Assembly: GCF_009914755.1 (NCBI RefSeq)
Contig: NC_060939.1
Source: the human T2T-CHM13v2.0 reference genome, Homo sapiens
Length of the DNA stretch: 64,000 bases
Reading direction: 5' to 3' (one strand)
Below the pieces are notes generated by a model. It made no database searches and was not told the origin of the DNA. It was given only the letters and a program-made list of their open reading frames with translations. Positions 45,801 through 62,290 of the stretch are shown in pieces. A program made the position numbers and the translations under genes. Within the stretch, counting starts at the first letter, position 1, and every line of letters starts with the position of its first letter.

Positions 45801-47975
45801 CCGAATCTCTTCTGGTTTTTAGAGTTTCCGCTGAGAGGTCTGCTGTTAGTCTGATGGACTTCCCTTTATAGGTGACCTGGCCTTTCTCTCTGGATGCCCT
45901 TAACGTTTTTTCCTTCATTTCGACCTTGGATAATCTGATGATCATGTGTCTTGAGATTTATCTTCTCATTGAGTATCTTACTGGGGTTTTCTGGCTTTCC
46001 TGAATTTGAATATTGGCCTGTCTGGCTAGGTAGAGGAAGTTCTCCTGGATGATATACTGAAGTGTGTTTTCAAACTTGGTTCCATTTTCCCCATCTCTTT
46101 CAGGTACCCCTATCAGTCGGAGGTTTGGTCTTTTAACATAATCCCATAGTTCTCAGAGGTTTTGTTCATTCCTTTTTACTCTTTTTTCTCTAATCTTGTC
46201 TGCCTGCCTTATTTCAGCAAGATGGTCTTCAAGCTCTGATGTTCTTTCTTCTGCTTGGTCTATTCGGCTGTTGATACTTGTGTTTGCATTGTAAAGTTCT
46301 TGTGTTTTTCAGCTCCATCAGGTCATTTATGTTCCTCTCTAAACTGGTTGTTAATAGCTCCCGTAATGTTTTATCATGGTTCTTAGCTTCTTTGCAATGA
46401 GTTAAATAATCCTTCAGCTCAATGAAGTTTATTATTACCCATCTTCTGAAGCCTACTTCTGTCAATTCATGCATCTCAGCACAGCCCAGATCTGTGCTAT
46501 TGGTGGAGATGTATTATGATCATTTGGAGGAGAAGAGACACTCTGGCTTTTTGAGTTTTCAGCATTTTTGCATTGATTCTTTCTCATCTTCATGGGCTTA
46601 TCTGCCTTTGATCTTTGAGGCTGCTGACCTTTGAGGCTGCTGATCTTCAAAAGGGGTTTTTCTGGAGTCTTTGTCATTTATATTGTTGTTGCTTTCTTTT
46701 GTTTTTCTTTTAGCAGTCAGACCCCTCTTCTGTAGGGCTGCTGTGGTTTGCTGGGGGTCCACTCCAGACCCTATTCATCTTGGTCCCTCCTGCCCCTGGA
46801 GGTATCACCAGTGGACTAGCAAAGATAGCAGCCTGTTTCTTCCTCTGGGAGCTCTGTCTCACAGATGCATCTACCTGGTGCCAGCTAGAATGCTCCTGTA
46901 TGAGTTGTCTGGAGACTCCTGTTGGGAGGTCTCACCCAGTCAGGAGGAGCAGGATCAAGAACCTGCTTAAATAAGCAGTCTGGCTGCCACTTGGTGGAGC
47001 AGGGGTGCTTCACTGCGGGGAATCTCCTTCGTCTGGGTTCTCCTGACTCTCCAGAGCCAGCAGGCAGAAAAGACTAAGACCACTGATCCATGATACCACA
47101 GCCATCTTTTCTCCTAGGAGCTCCTGTCAGGGATATCAGAGTTCTTCCCATAAACCCCTGGCTGGGGATGCTGAAATTCCCACAGAGAGGCTCTACTTAG
47201 TGAGAAGTGGACTGGGGTTTGGCTTAAAGAAGCAGTGTGACCCTGAACTGATTCAGCCACTGTCCTACGCTGTGGGGAATTGCTCTTGGTCCAGACTTTC
47301 CAGTCTCACTGGCACCAGCAGCAGGGAAAAATGGCCAACTGGAGCCACAGTGATGTCGGCCACCCCTCCCCACTGGGAACTCAGTCTTCTCAGGTAGTCT
47401 CCAGCCTGCTGCGCTGGGTGGCAGGGATTCTGAGCCAGTGGGTCTTAGCTTGTGGGGTTCCATGGTAGCCAGGCTGCTTGGCTTCTTGGCTTCAGCCCCC
47501 TTCCCATAAGTCTTGATGGTTTTCCTGCCTCACAGGAATTCCTAGAGCTGGAGTATTCAAATACTCCTGTGTCTTAGTGCCTGCTCAAATGGTCACTCAC
47601 CTGAGCAGCTGCTGTGAGTCTTCACAGCTCTGTGCTTGAAACCCAAAGCCCTAGTGGAATGGGCTAATGAGGGGTCTTTCTGATCCATGGGTCACAAGGA
47701 TCAGTGGGAAAAGCATGGTTTTCAGCGAGGGGTAGCACAATCCCTCATCACCTCCCTTGGCTGGGGAAGGGAGCTCCCTTTGCCCTGTGCAGCTCCTGGG
47801 TGGGCCCTCACTCCACTCTGGGTTTTCTTGCTCTCTGTGGGTCATGCCAACCACCTAGTCAGTCCCAATGAGAGAACCTTGGTACGTCAATTGAAGGTGC
47901 AGAGTTCACTTGTCATTTTTGTCCTTCTTGGTGGGAGTTGCAGAGTGGAGGTGTTTCTATTCAGCTATCTTGTCT
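42811..47975 (-). mobile_element. Older L1PA-type element (5'UTR, ORF1, most of ORF2), 3' end missing; Alu at 43417-43683
   Basis: ORF remnants 43822-44160 ([13 protein letters not shown]), 45337-45519 (ILTLNVNGIN) and 45763-45945 (ORF1). Confidence 0.92.
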
Positions 47976-47979
47976 GTTT

Positions 47980-50900
47980 CCCCTGTATCTTCTTAGAAAA
48001 GTGTCTGTTCAAGTCCTTTTTCTGTTTTTCAATTGGGTTGTTTGTGCTTTTGTTGATGAGTTATAGGAGTTCTTTATATATTCTGTAAACTAGGCTCATC
48101 AAATAGAAGATTTGCAAATATTTTCTTCCATAGGTTGTATTTTTACTTTCTAGATAACGTGTTTTTGTGAACAAAAGTTTTTAATTTGGTGAAGTCTGCT
48201 ATATCTATTTTTTGTCACTTTCGTTTTTGGCGTTATATGTAAGAATCTATTGTCAAGTCCAAGGGCATGGAGATTTACCCGTATGTTTTCTTTTGTGAGC
48301 TTTAGTTTTAGCTCTAAAATTTAGATCTTTGATTCATTTTAAATTAATTTTTATATCTGTATATTATGTATATGTTTCTGTGTAATAGTATATATATTTT
48401 ATATAAGGGTATAACTTCATTCTTTTGCATGGATGTCAATTTGTCCCAGCACTATTTGTTGAGGAAACAATTATTTCCCCATTAAATGATCTTAGCATCC
48501 TTGTCAAAAATAGATTGACCTTAGACGTATAGATTTATTTCTTTATTATATGTTTTATTCCATTCATCTATGTGCCTATCTTTATGCCAGTACCATACTG
48601 GTTTAAAATTTTCTAATTTATAGAAAATTTCTTTAAAATTATTTTTAATTGACAAGTAAAATTTGTATATATTTATGATGTGCAACATGACGGTATTGTT
48701 ACTGAGGTAAAATATACATACATAATTAAGTTTATTACCATTGTACAGTTTATTATTACCATAATACAGTTCATTACCATTAAACTGTATATATAATAAT
48801 GTTAAAGGTGCTAAAAATTATATATTTATTAATTTACATTTTTTGCCCTTTATCCTCCTCTTCCTTTCCTGGCCCTGAGTTACCACCAATCTACTCTATA
48901 TCTTCTTGAGGTCCACTTTTTTAGGTCCCACAAATGAGTGAGAACATGATATATTTCGCTTTCTGTGTTTGGCTCATTTTATTTAATATATTGGCCTCCA
49001 GTTCCTTTCATTTTGCTGAAAATGACAATATTTCATTCCTTTTATGGCTGAATCATATTCCATAGTGCATATATCCCATATTTTATTTATCCATTCATCT
49101 GTTGATGGACACTTAGGTTGATCCCGTGTTTTGGCTATTGTGAAGAGTGTTACAGTAAACATGGAAATGCAGGAATTACTTTAATATATTGATTCCCTCT
49201 CTTTTAGGTATATACACCTAGCAGTGGAATTACTGGATGATATGGTATGTCTGTTTTTAGGTTTTTTTTTTTTGGTGGAGGGGAAGCTTCATATTGTTCT
49301 CCATAATGGCTATACTAATTTACATTTCCACCAGTTGTGTCCAAGTGTTCCTCTCTCTCCACATGCTCTCCAGCATCTGTTTTTGCCTATCTTTTTGATA
49401 TAAGCCATTTTGACTGGGGTCAGATGATATCTTACTGTGGTTTTGATTTGCGTTTCTCTAATAATTAGCGATGCTCAACTTTTTTTTGTATAGCTGTTGG
49501 CCACTTATATGTCTTCTTTTGAGAAATGTATGTTAAGGTTTTAGCCCATTTTTAAATCAGATGATGATGATGATTATTATTTTGCTATTGAATTGTTTGC
49601 GCTCCCTCTATATTCTGGTTATTAATCTCTTGTCAGATATATAGTTTGAAACTATTTTCTCCCATTCTGTGTGTTGCCTCTTTACTTTGTTCATTGTTTA
49701 TTTTGCTGTGCAAAAATTTACTACAAAACTATAGTAACCAAAACTACACTACTGGCATAAAAACAAACTAATAGATTAGTGGAAGATAATAGAGAACCCT
49801 GATATAAATTCATGCATTTACAACCAATTCATCTTGGCAAAGCTGTCAAGAACATACAATGGGGGAAAGGACAGTCTTTTCAATAAACAGTTCTGGGAAA
49901 ACGGGTTAACTACATGCAGAAGAGTAAAAGACCCCTATCTCTCATCTACACAAAAATTTAATCAAAATGGGTTAAAGACTTAAATCTAAGACCTAAAATG
50001 ATGAAACTATGGAAGGAAACATTGGGAAAATGTTCCAGGACATTGGCCTGGGCAAAGTTTTTTGGGTAAAACCTCAAAAACAGGCAATCAAAACAAAAAT
50101 AGACAATTGAGATTACATTATCATTTGGTATATGCACGCATTGTGGAATAGATAAACCAAACTAACACATGTGTTACATCACATACCAATTTTTTTTATA
50201 GTGAGAAAACTTAAAGTCTACCCTCTTAGCAATTTTCAAGCATATAATAGATTAACTATACCTACTATAATGTATGCTAGATCTCTTGAACTTATTTCTC
50301 CTGTTCAGTTGAAATTTTGCATCCTTTGACTAACATTTCCCCAATACCCCTTCCCCTGGCCTCTAGTAACCACCATTTTACTCTGTTTCTGTGAATTTGA
50401 CTTTTTAGATTCCAAATGTAAGTGAGATAATGCAGTATTTTTCTTCCTGTGTCTGGCTTATTTCACTTACCCTAATGTCCATCAGTTTTACCCATGTTGT
50501 GGCAAATGTTAGAATCTCTTTTTTAAGGTCAAATAATATTTTACTTACACACACATGCACGCACACACACATATAGTTTCATTCATTTATCTGTCAACAC
50601 ACACTTAGGCTGTTTCCCTATCTCAGTTGTTGTGATTTGCCGCAAAGGACATGATAGTGCAGATATATTTACAACATGGGGATTCCATTTTCTTTGTATA
50701 TATATCTAGAAGTGAGATTATTGAGTCATATGATAGTTCTATATTTCTTTAGAAACCTCCATAATGTTTTCTATAAAACCTGCATCAATCTGTGTTCCCA
50801 CCAGCAGTATACAAGTGTTCCCTTTTCTCTACACCCTTGCCAACATTTGTTATCTCTTGTCTTTTTGATAATAGCCATCCTAATAGGTATGAAGTGATAC

Positions 50901-53420
50901 ATCATTGTGGTTTTAATTTGCATTTATCTGATTAATGATGCTGAGCAATTTTTCGCATGCAATTTTGCTGTTTTTATGTTTTATTTGAAGAAATATATAC
51001 TTAGGTCCTTCCTCTTTAAAAAAAATGGGTGAATTTTCTGCAATTGTGTTGTGTGAGTTACCCATATATTTTGAGTATTTTTTCTCTTATCAGATAAATG
51101 GTTTGCAATATTTTCTCCCAATCAGGCTGCGTTTTCTTTTTGTTAATTGTTTCCTTTACTGTGAGGAAGACTTTTAGTTTGACATAGCCCCACTTACTTG
51201 TTTTTGCCTTTGTAGCCTGAGCCTGAGCTTTTGGAGTGATATCCAAATACCACAGGCAACCAACGTCAGGAAGCTTTTCCCCTGTGTTTTCTTCTAGGAG
51301 TTTTATGATTTTAGGTCTTATTGTTTGGTCTTTTATCCATTTTGAGTTGACTTTTGTGCATGATGTAATGATCCAGTTTTATTCTTTTCCGTGTGGAAAT
51401 CTAGTTTTCCCAGCATCATTTATTCAACAGACTATCCTTTCCCCACCATGTCTTCTTGGTGCCCTTGTCAACATTCTGTTGACCCTGTATGTTTGGATTT
51501 ATTTCTGGGCTGTAGTAAGGTTTGAAATTAAAAGGTGTGAGTCTTCTTACTTGGTTTTTCATTATCAAAATTATTTTGTCTATTTGAGATCCCTTGCAAT
51601 TCCAATATGTTGGAAAAGACTTTTCCATTTCTGACCCAAATGGTCATTGGGATTTTGAGAGGAATTCTATTAAACCTATATGTTGCTTTGGGTAATATTG
51701 CCATTGTAGCAATTTTAAGTCTTACAACCTGTGGACTTTCGATTTCTTTCCATTTATTTAGGTTTTTAAAAATTTATCTCAGCAATGTTTTACAGTTTTT
51801 GTTGTACAGGTTTTGCACCTCCTTGGTTACATCTATTCCCCAAGTATTTTATTTCTTTTGATGCTGTTGTAAATGGGATTGTTTTCTTTATTTCATATTT
51901 GAATTGTTCATTGCTAGTGTATACAAATGCCACTAATTTTTGGTGTTTTTATCTTGTATCTACAACTTTGCTGAATTTGATTATTAGCTCTAATTTTTTT
52001 TGTGCATTCTTTAGAATTGTCTATATATAGGATCACGTCATCTGTGAACAGAGATAATCTTACTTTTCCTTTCCAATTTGGATGCCATTTATATCCATTT
52101 CTTGCCTAATTGCTCTGGATAGAACTTCCAGTACACCGTTGAATAGAAGTGGCAGAAGTGCACATCTTTGTCTTATTCCTGATCTCAGGATGAAAGCTTT
52201 CAGTCTTTCACCATTGAAGGTAATGTTAGTGTAATTTATGCAATTTTAATAAGTGCCCTTTAAACGACTAAGTTCCCTCTATTCATAGTTTTTTGCATTT
52301 TTAAAAAAATCATAAATAGGTGTTAGATTTGGTTAAATGCTTTTGGTGTATCAATTGAGATGATTATGTGCGATTTTCTCCCTTTTATTCTATTAATGCA
52401 GTGTATTACATTGATTGGTTTACATACATTCAGTTACTCTTGAAATCCTGGGATTAATCTCACTTGTTCTGTATACTTCTTTTTAATATGCTGTTATATT
52501 TGTTTTGCTAGTATTTTGTTGAGAGTTTTGCATTGATATTCATAAGAGATATTGGGCTATAGTTTTCTTTCCTTGAGATGACTTTATATGACTTTAGTAT
52601 CAGGTTATGCCACTCTTATAGAAAGAGAATTATTCTCTCCTCTTCTAATTTTTGGAAGAGTTTGAGAAGCACTGGTGTTATTTCTTCTTTAAATGTTTAG
52701 CATAATTTACAAGTGACATCTGTCCTGTGCTTTTCTTTGTGATTATGGATTCAGTTTGCTTACTTGTTCTAGGCCTGTTCATATTTTTAAATAATATTTT
52801 TTATTTCTGTAAAGCCATTGTAATACCCCAAATTTCATTTTTAATTTTAGTAATTTGAGTCTTATCTCTATTTTCTTGGTCAACCTAGCTAAAGGTCTAT
52901 CAATTTTGTTAATTTTTTCACAGAACAAACTTTCGATTCTGTTGATTTTTTTTATTGTTTTTTTGATTTTCTATTTTGTTTATTTCCATTCCAATCTGTA
53001 TTATTTCCTCCCTTCTGCCAGCTTTAAAATTGTTTTGTTTTTTCATTTTCTAGTTCCTTCAGGTATAAAGTTAGGTAATTGATTCAAAATTTTCTTTCAT
53101 TTTAAAAACATCAGTGTTTACCACTGTAAATTTCCCTCTGAACACCACTTTTGTTGCATTCTTTAGGTTTTGGTATGTTGTGCATGTTTTTTAGAAAAAT
53201 TCATCTCAAAATATTTTCTAATTTCACATATATCATTGCCTTTGACCCACTGGTTACTTAGGAGTGCTGACTTTATTTCCACCTAATTTAAGTTTTTGTG
53301 GATTTTCCAGTTTTCTGTGTTACTGATTTCTAGTTTCATTCCATTAGGGTTAGAGAAGATGCCTTTTCTGATTTAAATATTTTAAATGTATTGAGACTTG
53401 TCTGTGACCTAGCATAAGGT
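47980..53420 (-). mobile_element. Nested L1MB/L1MA fragments including a 5'-inverted L1MA (antisense ~48695-49715, sense ~49716-50118)
   Basis: Strand switch inside continuous L1 sequence; the host L1MA 3'UTR resumes at ~50120. Confidence 0.8.
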
Positions 53421-54340
53421 CTTTCAAAGTTTTTAATCAGATGGAGGCTGGTTTCCTTAGATAGGGGAGGGGTTGTTTTCCAGGAAAACAAGTTTCAGAG
53501 GGATTTTAGAGAACCATAGCTCCAACCTCCTCTGTTTAATCAAATATTTGCATGCTAAGTTTCAAGATACCAACTTATTTTAACTAATACCCTAATATCG
53601 GCATGGATTTGACAGCTATACAACTCCACGTGATGTACAATTAGGTATTAGACATGATGTTCAACCATGTTTCGCTGGTGGCAACATATAATAAGATTCC
53701 TTTATGGTTTATAAAAAATTTTTCGGAGATTCTCCACCAGTAACTTCAGTTACGAAAATCAAGCCTCTAGCCTCTAGCCTGTTACCCTTTAGTAGGCTTT
53801 TAAAATACATTCAGAGGCAGGCAGTCTATAATCTTCATACTAACCATTGCTCCATTGTAGTCAAATGGCTATGAGGATTTCCTAACTCCTTTTTCTACAA
53901 TGACATTCCCTTATATACACTTACCAGTACTGCTTTGAAGAATTATTATGCCACTTAATGCTTCAGATTACCAGTGTCCCACTATCTTCCTGGAAGAAGG
54001 TTATCTATGCCTTAATATACCAAGCAACACAATTCCCAAGTCCCAGCTGAAGGCCTATTTGCTGAGGCTGTTTCTAATATCAAACTCTAGGTCACTAAGG
54101 ATCTAGATTAGGAATAGAAGGCAGATTCTGAAAAGAATTTATGGAAAGGGCCATCACACAACATAGCCAACTAAATCAAAATGAGATGTTAAGATACCCA
54201 CAGGCAAGCAAGGTCAGAAAAAAGTTATCCTCAGAACTGCAGGGACCAGAGGCAAGTAATGTTCCCAAATCTTGGTGAAAGCTGGAAGCATAAAGAAGGG
54301 GCTTTTTTTCCCTACAGAAGGTTTGGTAAAATCTGATCCT

Positions 54341-54817
<477 letters not shown>

Positions 54818-55374
54818 TCAGAACAAATAGGGGTTCAGGGTTCTCAGGTTTGTCTGCTCAAAGCCCCATACTACTTATAATGGTTCTATCTTTTCCATCT
54901 TTTGACTTTGCCTTTAACAAGTAGAACTGTCTGTGTGCATTCAGTCACTTTTGCAGCCACACTGTACTTGTGAATTCTGGACCTACTTTTGGTCCATTTG
55001 CCCTGTGGCAGCCAGAGGTGAAGAACTATGTAGACCATGTGGCACAGCACACACTGGGTTCATAGCTGGCTGCCAAGAGCTTTTGTCTTTTTTAAGACTT
55101 ATAAGTCAGTGAAAAGCAGTGAACTCTACAATCTTTATTATAATTACTTCTATGTCATTCAAGTGGTAAGTTTGTAGTTACTTCTAATTCTGCCTCTTGA
55201 CCACTCTTATCCACTACCCATAAGAATAGAAGTACTGGAATGCTATAAAGTGCTAAGGATTATTATAAACATATATTTCCAGGTAAGGGGGCCCTTATTC
55301 TATGACCATCAAATGATCCAGTGTCTGAGTATAATCCTCAAGGTCTACCTTCTAGCACTACTTCTGCTGCCAGT

Positions 55375-55875
55375 TTCTTTAGTATAGGTAACTCTCAAGA
55401 GTATGCTCTGAGACAGGGATATGAGTACAATTATTTTATTTGAGAGGTGGTACAAGTAAAGAAGATGGAGGGAGAAGAAACTGTTGAGGAAAAGCCAGTG
55501 GAATAATGTAATTTTAAGGCGATCAATGTGAATAATGAAGGGCTCAATCCCAGCAGGATCTTCTGAATCACACAGGATACCTTCCAATATAAATACTTTG
55601 TCTATTGGAGGCCAGAACATTTATCCATGACTTCTATCTCTAATGAGTCAAAAGTTTTCATCAAAGCTATTAACTGTGCATGTCTCTGCCGTACTTACCT
55701 AAGTACCCAGCGGGATTATTTGGCATTAGAAGGTCCAGGAAATATGCACAGTGGATACTTGAGGTAATGTGCTCTTAGCAAGATATGAGTGTGCATATCC
55801 ATGAACTGTCCATGAAGGCTGAAATCAAGTGGGCAGATGGAACATGACAAAGAGTGTCAGGCTTATCTGCACATA
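55375..55875 (-). mobile_element. ERVL-type LTR (LTR40/33-like)
   Basis: ctctgagacagggat..gagtaca..ttattt.gagaggtg antisense LTR end. Confidence 0.5.
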
Positions 55876-56215
55876 TGGATAACTGAGCAGACAAGGCAAC
55901 CATAAGTGCAGAAATGATGAAGGAGGATTTCATGTCTGTTAAGGGCCTACAAATACCATGTAAATTTCCATACAGGGATTTTTTTTTTTTTTCTGAGGCT
56001 TCTTAAGAACAACATTGCCCTTAAATGTGTGGATGAGTCTTTTAATGCTGATGCGGTCTATGCTTGGAGACCAGGCTCATCATACATAATACAGGGCTTC
56101 CGTACAATAAAGATGAATAAATGAGTTAAAACAGATTTTAATTTGTTAAATATAAACATATAATTAAAATACTATTTATATGGCTCATAAAGTTGTTGCA
56201 GTATTTATAAAAATT

Positions 56216-56549
<334 letters not shown>

Positions 56550-57574
56550 TCAGAAATAATAATTGTTAAAGTTTTCTAATGACCTTTGTCCTTCAATCTA
56601 TCAATATTTCCAACTACATAATTTCACTTAGCAATAACAGCTCAAATACATATTTGAGCCCCTCATAAATAGTGGTAAGGACTAAATGGCCCCAGGATGA
56701 TGGGTCGGAGTGGATTACTTTATCAATAAATTTGCCTTTGATAGTTAAGAGGAAGGTTTTTGTTTACAATCATGGTTGAGCTTAAGTCACTGAAACACCT
56801 CCCCTTCCACACACATGATCCTTTCTTGGTTCGGGTACTATGAGCAGGAGGCAACTCACTGTCAATATGTATTTAATTCTACAAATATTTGGAAAGGTAA
56901 TCTTTGCCTCCTCAATTTTTCTACCTTAAAGTGATTAAAATTTTCTGTGTCATAAGGCAAATGTTCTGGTGGGAAAATATTTAACCCAAGTATTCTTATC
57001 TTGGTTCTGCTACTATCCCTGATCTTGGGCCACTTGCTTAATTACCTGGAGCTGCCTTTACTACATTCCATGTATCTTCACTCCACCAATATAGAAGGTG
57101 CTGACTTTTGAGAAGTCATAAAAGGGTGTAGATTATATGTCACTTCTGTGTTAGTAAAAGTTATGTAATCTAATGTAATTCAGATAGATTTTTTTTTCTT
57201 TTTTTTTTTTTTTTTTAACTTGAGCTAGAGGTGAGAAGTTGCTTGAGTCAAGCTGGGAAGAACTATTCTGCTGCTCATTCTCATAGGCTGTAGAAAATTC
57301 TTGGCTTTCTCCCCTGGCAGAAGGGATAGGTCAGCCCTAAATTTTCTCATCCAAGAAGTATACACATAGAAGTCCTCTGTGAGATTCTTGGCGGAATAAG
57401 GATGCTTATAAAATTTCAAATGAGGCCAGAAAGCTCATTCACACATCCAACTCATAAGCAGGACCAAACCCAGGGCTGAAGCAGACTTATCCCTAAGATT
57501 GAAAAAAAGCCTCCGTCTTCCCACCCCAGTGGAGCCCCTTGTGCTTTGGTTTTTGTGTGGTCTCTTGTCTCAGT

Positions 57575-58085
57575 CAAGATGTGACTGCAGAAGCAGAGTT
57601 GGTAAAAACAATATAGAAGGAATTTACCATAGGGATTAGAATTTGTACAATTACAGCAGCTCTGGAGAATTCTATACCAGGCTGTTGCCCCTGAAAGTGA
57701 TGTTGCACCTGAATATGCTCTAGGTCAGCTGGTCTGGCAGTTGGAATTGAAAAGTAAATATGCAGCAGAGGAATTGTAAAGATAAGCTAGTATATCACTT
57801 TTCCACAACTTCCAACCATTATGAAATGGGTAACCTATAGGAGAAACTGGTGTCTTTTTCTGCAGAGCTATAATGTGCCTGGCCCAGAATTTGAAAGCTG
57901 AAGGAAGAGATCTCATGGACCTGAAAAAGCCACAGGTCCCCAGGAGTCCCCAAATTAAGAAAGGCCAGCAGATCATGATGATTAGCATTAGCTCCTACAG
58001 GTCATACAATACATGAAAATAGGTTGTGACTTTATTTCTACCTCCTGCAAAATTTTTTATGTGATCTGCTGTTATCCAGAACTGT
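57575..58085. mobile_element. ERVL-type LTR relic (LTR41/LTR50-like)
   Basis: agggattaga..caatt..aggctgttgcc..cctgaa..taggtcagc..ggcagttgg motif series. Confidence 0.5.
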
Positions 58086-58636
58086 AATGCACAGGCCTCA
58101 TGCTCCAATAGGTCATCCTAGTGTTCATAGGCGTGTGATCCTATTTCTTTTTGTGCTCCTGAAGAACACTTGTCTCCTGTCAAAGATCTTTTTCCTCCTA
58201 GTCAGAGGCTCCCATGCAACTGCAGAAGATTTGAGTAGCCAGGATGAAGTCTGTAGATAAAGAAAGACCGGGTTGAGGAGGTATGACACATAGATTGAAG
58301 GAGGATGGAGGAAGAAGCTCAACATTGCTTTACTGCTGAGCATGCCATCATGGAAATTATCCCTCATGTTTGGGAGAGATGTGAGATGAAAAGCTGAATC
58401 AGCTACTAGAATGTATCAAGGGACAAATGTGGCACAAATGCCTGGAGTCTGTCCTCTGACACAAAATGGGAACAATTCTAGGTGGCCCTGCCACAGCTGT
58501 CTCCTTGCAGGATGCCAATAGCAACCTTCAGAGTTGGCCTGGGAGGCTACCCCAAAGGCAGGTATCCTCCCTATGTAGTGACAGGCCATGTCCTGGGTTG
58601 GGTTTGGAACTGGCAGCAGCCTGGAGACTATCACTG

Positions 58637-59518
<882 letters not shown>

Positions 59519-61319
59519 ATTGCACTTCTGCTTCTCTGACAGCGACTTGGTGGGCTCAGTCTGGCTACCCTGCTGGCCCATGAGGGCATCAGCCCTGGCC
59601 TGCACCTGGGCTCCAAGCTTCCTGCAATCATGTTCCGGGCTCCTCTCTGGCCTCTTGACACTCCTGCTGCTCTTGTTCCTGTCACTGCCACCATCAGCGC
59701 TGCTCTAATGCTTGTGTTTCTCCTGTTCAGGGGTGCGCTGTGGCTGCACCTTCCTCCTTGCCATCGCTACATCAGCCTTACCACAAAGCTTGTTTGACCA
59801 CCTCAAAGAGGCCCATCTGCCATGAATCCTGCTAGAGATGCAGAATAGGAATGCTCCCAGGTTCTCCCGCAGACAAAGGTGCTGACGGGGACCTGGAGGG
59901 GCTGCTCCAAAAGTTCTTGGGAAGGCCCAAGATAAGATCTGGCTACAAGTTCACGGTTCTCTGGGCGTCTTTCCTTCTGTGGTTTAAGTAACCATACTCT
60001 GCTCCAGACCTGTGAGCACTTGTTTTGGGTAACTCCAGATGGGAGAGTTACAAAGTAGGTAACATTTTTTTTCCTCCTATAATTTAATCTAGTTTAATTT
60101 ATGAAGTTTATGTAGTTATTCATTAGTTGCATTAAAGTTAAATTGTATTAAATTTAGTTCATTCAAATTATTTTCTTTGGTTTGAATTCATTTCACTTAG
60201 TTAATTTTAGTTCACTTCACTTAAGTTTTTTCTTAGGTTAGTATATAGGTTCAGTATATGATTTATTATTTTTTAACTTCATTTTCTTTTCTTTATATGT
60301 CCTGTAATACCGTTTGTCACCGTAAGTTTGTCTGTAGTTTACAAAGATTTTTTCCTAAAGTTATTTATTTTAAATTCTTAATAATTGCTGACACTTTTTG
60401 TATTTTTGTATTTTAGAAACTATTTGAGGAAAAATTTACTTTTTATTACTGTTAATCAGAATGTAAAATAAAAAGGAAATGGGCTTCCTTACTTTCCCTT
60501 GTCATTCATGAGAAGAGTCATCTTAAGCAGAAGATATAGAATAATTTAGGTTGCGTTATTTTTGGATAGGAAACTTCAGGACTGATCTCTGTGCTATGCC
60601 TCTGGAAGACATTCAAGAGCTTTGTACAGTGTACTTACATAACAGTATTCTGTTCCATTTGATGAAAGCATCTTCCCACATCTTTTATCGGTAAGCTGCC
60701 TGGAAAAAAATAATGATACAAAACTATCTGTGTTTTACTAACTCAGAAGTTGTAAATATTATATGTTCAATATTATTACTCTTCAAATGACATCACCTTG
60801 TAGATTGGTAGAGTGAAGACAAGATGGGATGAAATAAACATAGCTAAAGGAGACTAATAAAGGGGTCCAAAATCAGGAGTAATAGCAGAATCAAGATAAA
60901 CCCATTTTAGTTGGAGTTTGGTAAAGATTCTTTAACTGAGAAGTTTGGAAAATTTAAGTACTTTCAGCTGAAAGAGTAGACAAAGTATTGAAAGATTACC
61001 TCTACATTTCTTGTGGGGTAGAATATAGGAGAATGACAAGTCAGGAAGTGGGAGGAATTTTATGTTGTAGACTTGAACTTAACCATAGTCATTGCCAAAA
61101 AGCTTCCTCTTGGCTAATCAAAGTCAGCTTTATCTCTAAGGCATTCATTCCTTTTCCACTCCATCTAGAGACCATCATTCTGGGTCCTTTTAGCCTGTGC
61201 ATCAATTATGAATGGCCTCAAATGTAGATTTGCAGTGTTATTGCCACATGTGATTATGCAGTCAGAGAAACTGACATATCGAAAGACAAAGGTCTTTCGA
61301 AAGACAAAGTCAGTCTGAA

Positions 61320-62290
61320 TTTTTATCTTTATTGAGGTATAATTGACAAATATATATATTCAAGGTGAACATGTTTTGATATACATTACGAAATAAATCA
61401 AGCTAATATATCCATCACCTTACATAATTACCTTGTGGTGTGTGTGTGTGGTGAGGGGGAGAATACTTATGATCTTTCTTAGCAAATACTCTTAGCAAAT
61501 TTCAAGTATTCTTTATTAGGTATAGTCACCATATTGTATATTCGATCTCCAGAACTTATTCATTTTATAATTGCAAGTTTGTATCCTTTGACTAACATAT
61601 CCCCATCTTCCACACTCCTGGCCCCTGACAGCTACCCAACTACTTTCTGTTTCTATGAGTTTGACTCTTTCAGATTCCATATGTAGATGAGAGCATGAAT
61701 TTGTCTTTCTGTGCCTGGTTTATTTCACTTGGCATAATTTCCCCTGGGTTCATCCATGTTGTTGTAAATAGCAGGATTTTTTTCTTTTTTAAGGCTGAAT
61801 ACTATTTTATTTTTTACACATACACATACATTGTATATGTGTAATATATATATTTTTATGGTATTTTCTTTATCCATTCATTTGTTGATAGACACTTAGG
61901 TTATATCTTGGCAATTGTGGGTAATGAGGCAATGAACATCATGGGAATGCAACTATCTTTTTCAGGATCCTGATTTCAGTTCTTGTGGTATGTACTCAGA
62001 GGTAGGATTTCTAGATCATTTAGTGGTTCTATGTTTAATTTTTAGAGAAACTTCCATACTGTTTTCCATAGTGGGTGCACATTTTACCTTCCTACCAGCA
62101 GTGTACAAGGGTCCCAGTTACTCCACAACCTTGCCAACACTTGTTATCTTTTGTTTTTGTTTTGGATAATAGCTATCCTAAGAGGTGTGAGGTGATGTCT
62201 CGCTGAGTTTTTTATTTACATTTCTCTGATGGTTAGTAATGTTGAACACCTTTTCATATACATGTTGGCCATTTGTGTGACTCTTTTTGG
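61320..62290 (-). mobile_element. L1MA (L1MA9-like) 3' end
   Basis: Antisense 3'UTR starting ttttattgaggtataattgacaa. Confidence 0.88.

Noticed and set aside
58251-58300. Splice-acceptor-like tctttctttatctacag on the minus strand
   Set aside because: The upstream sequence carries the EZHIP-like motifs in frame, so it is better read as intronless coding remnant.
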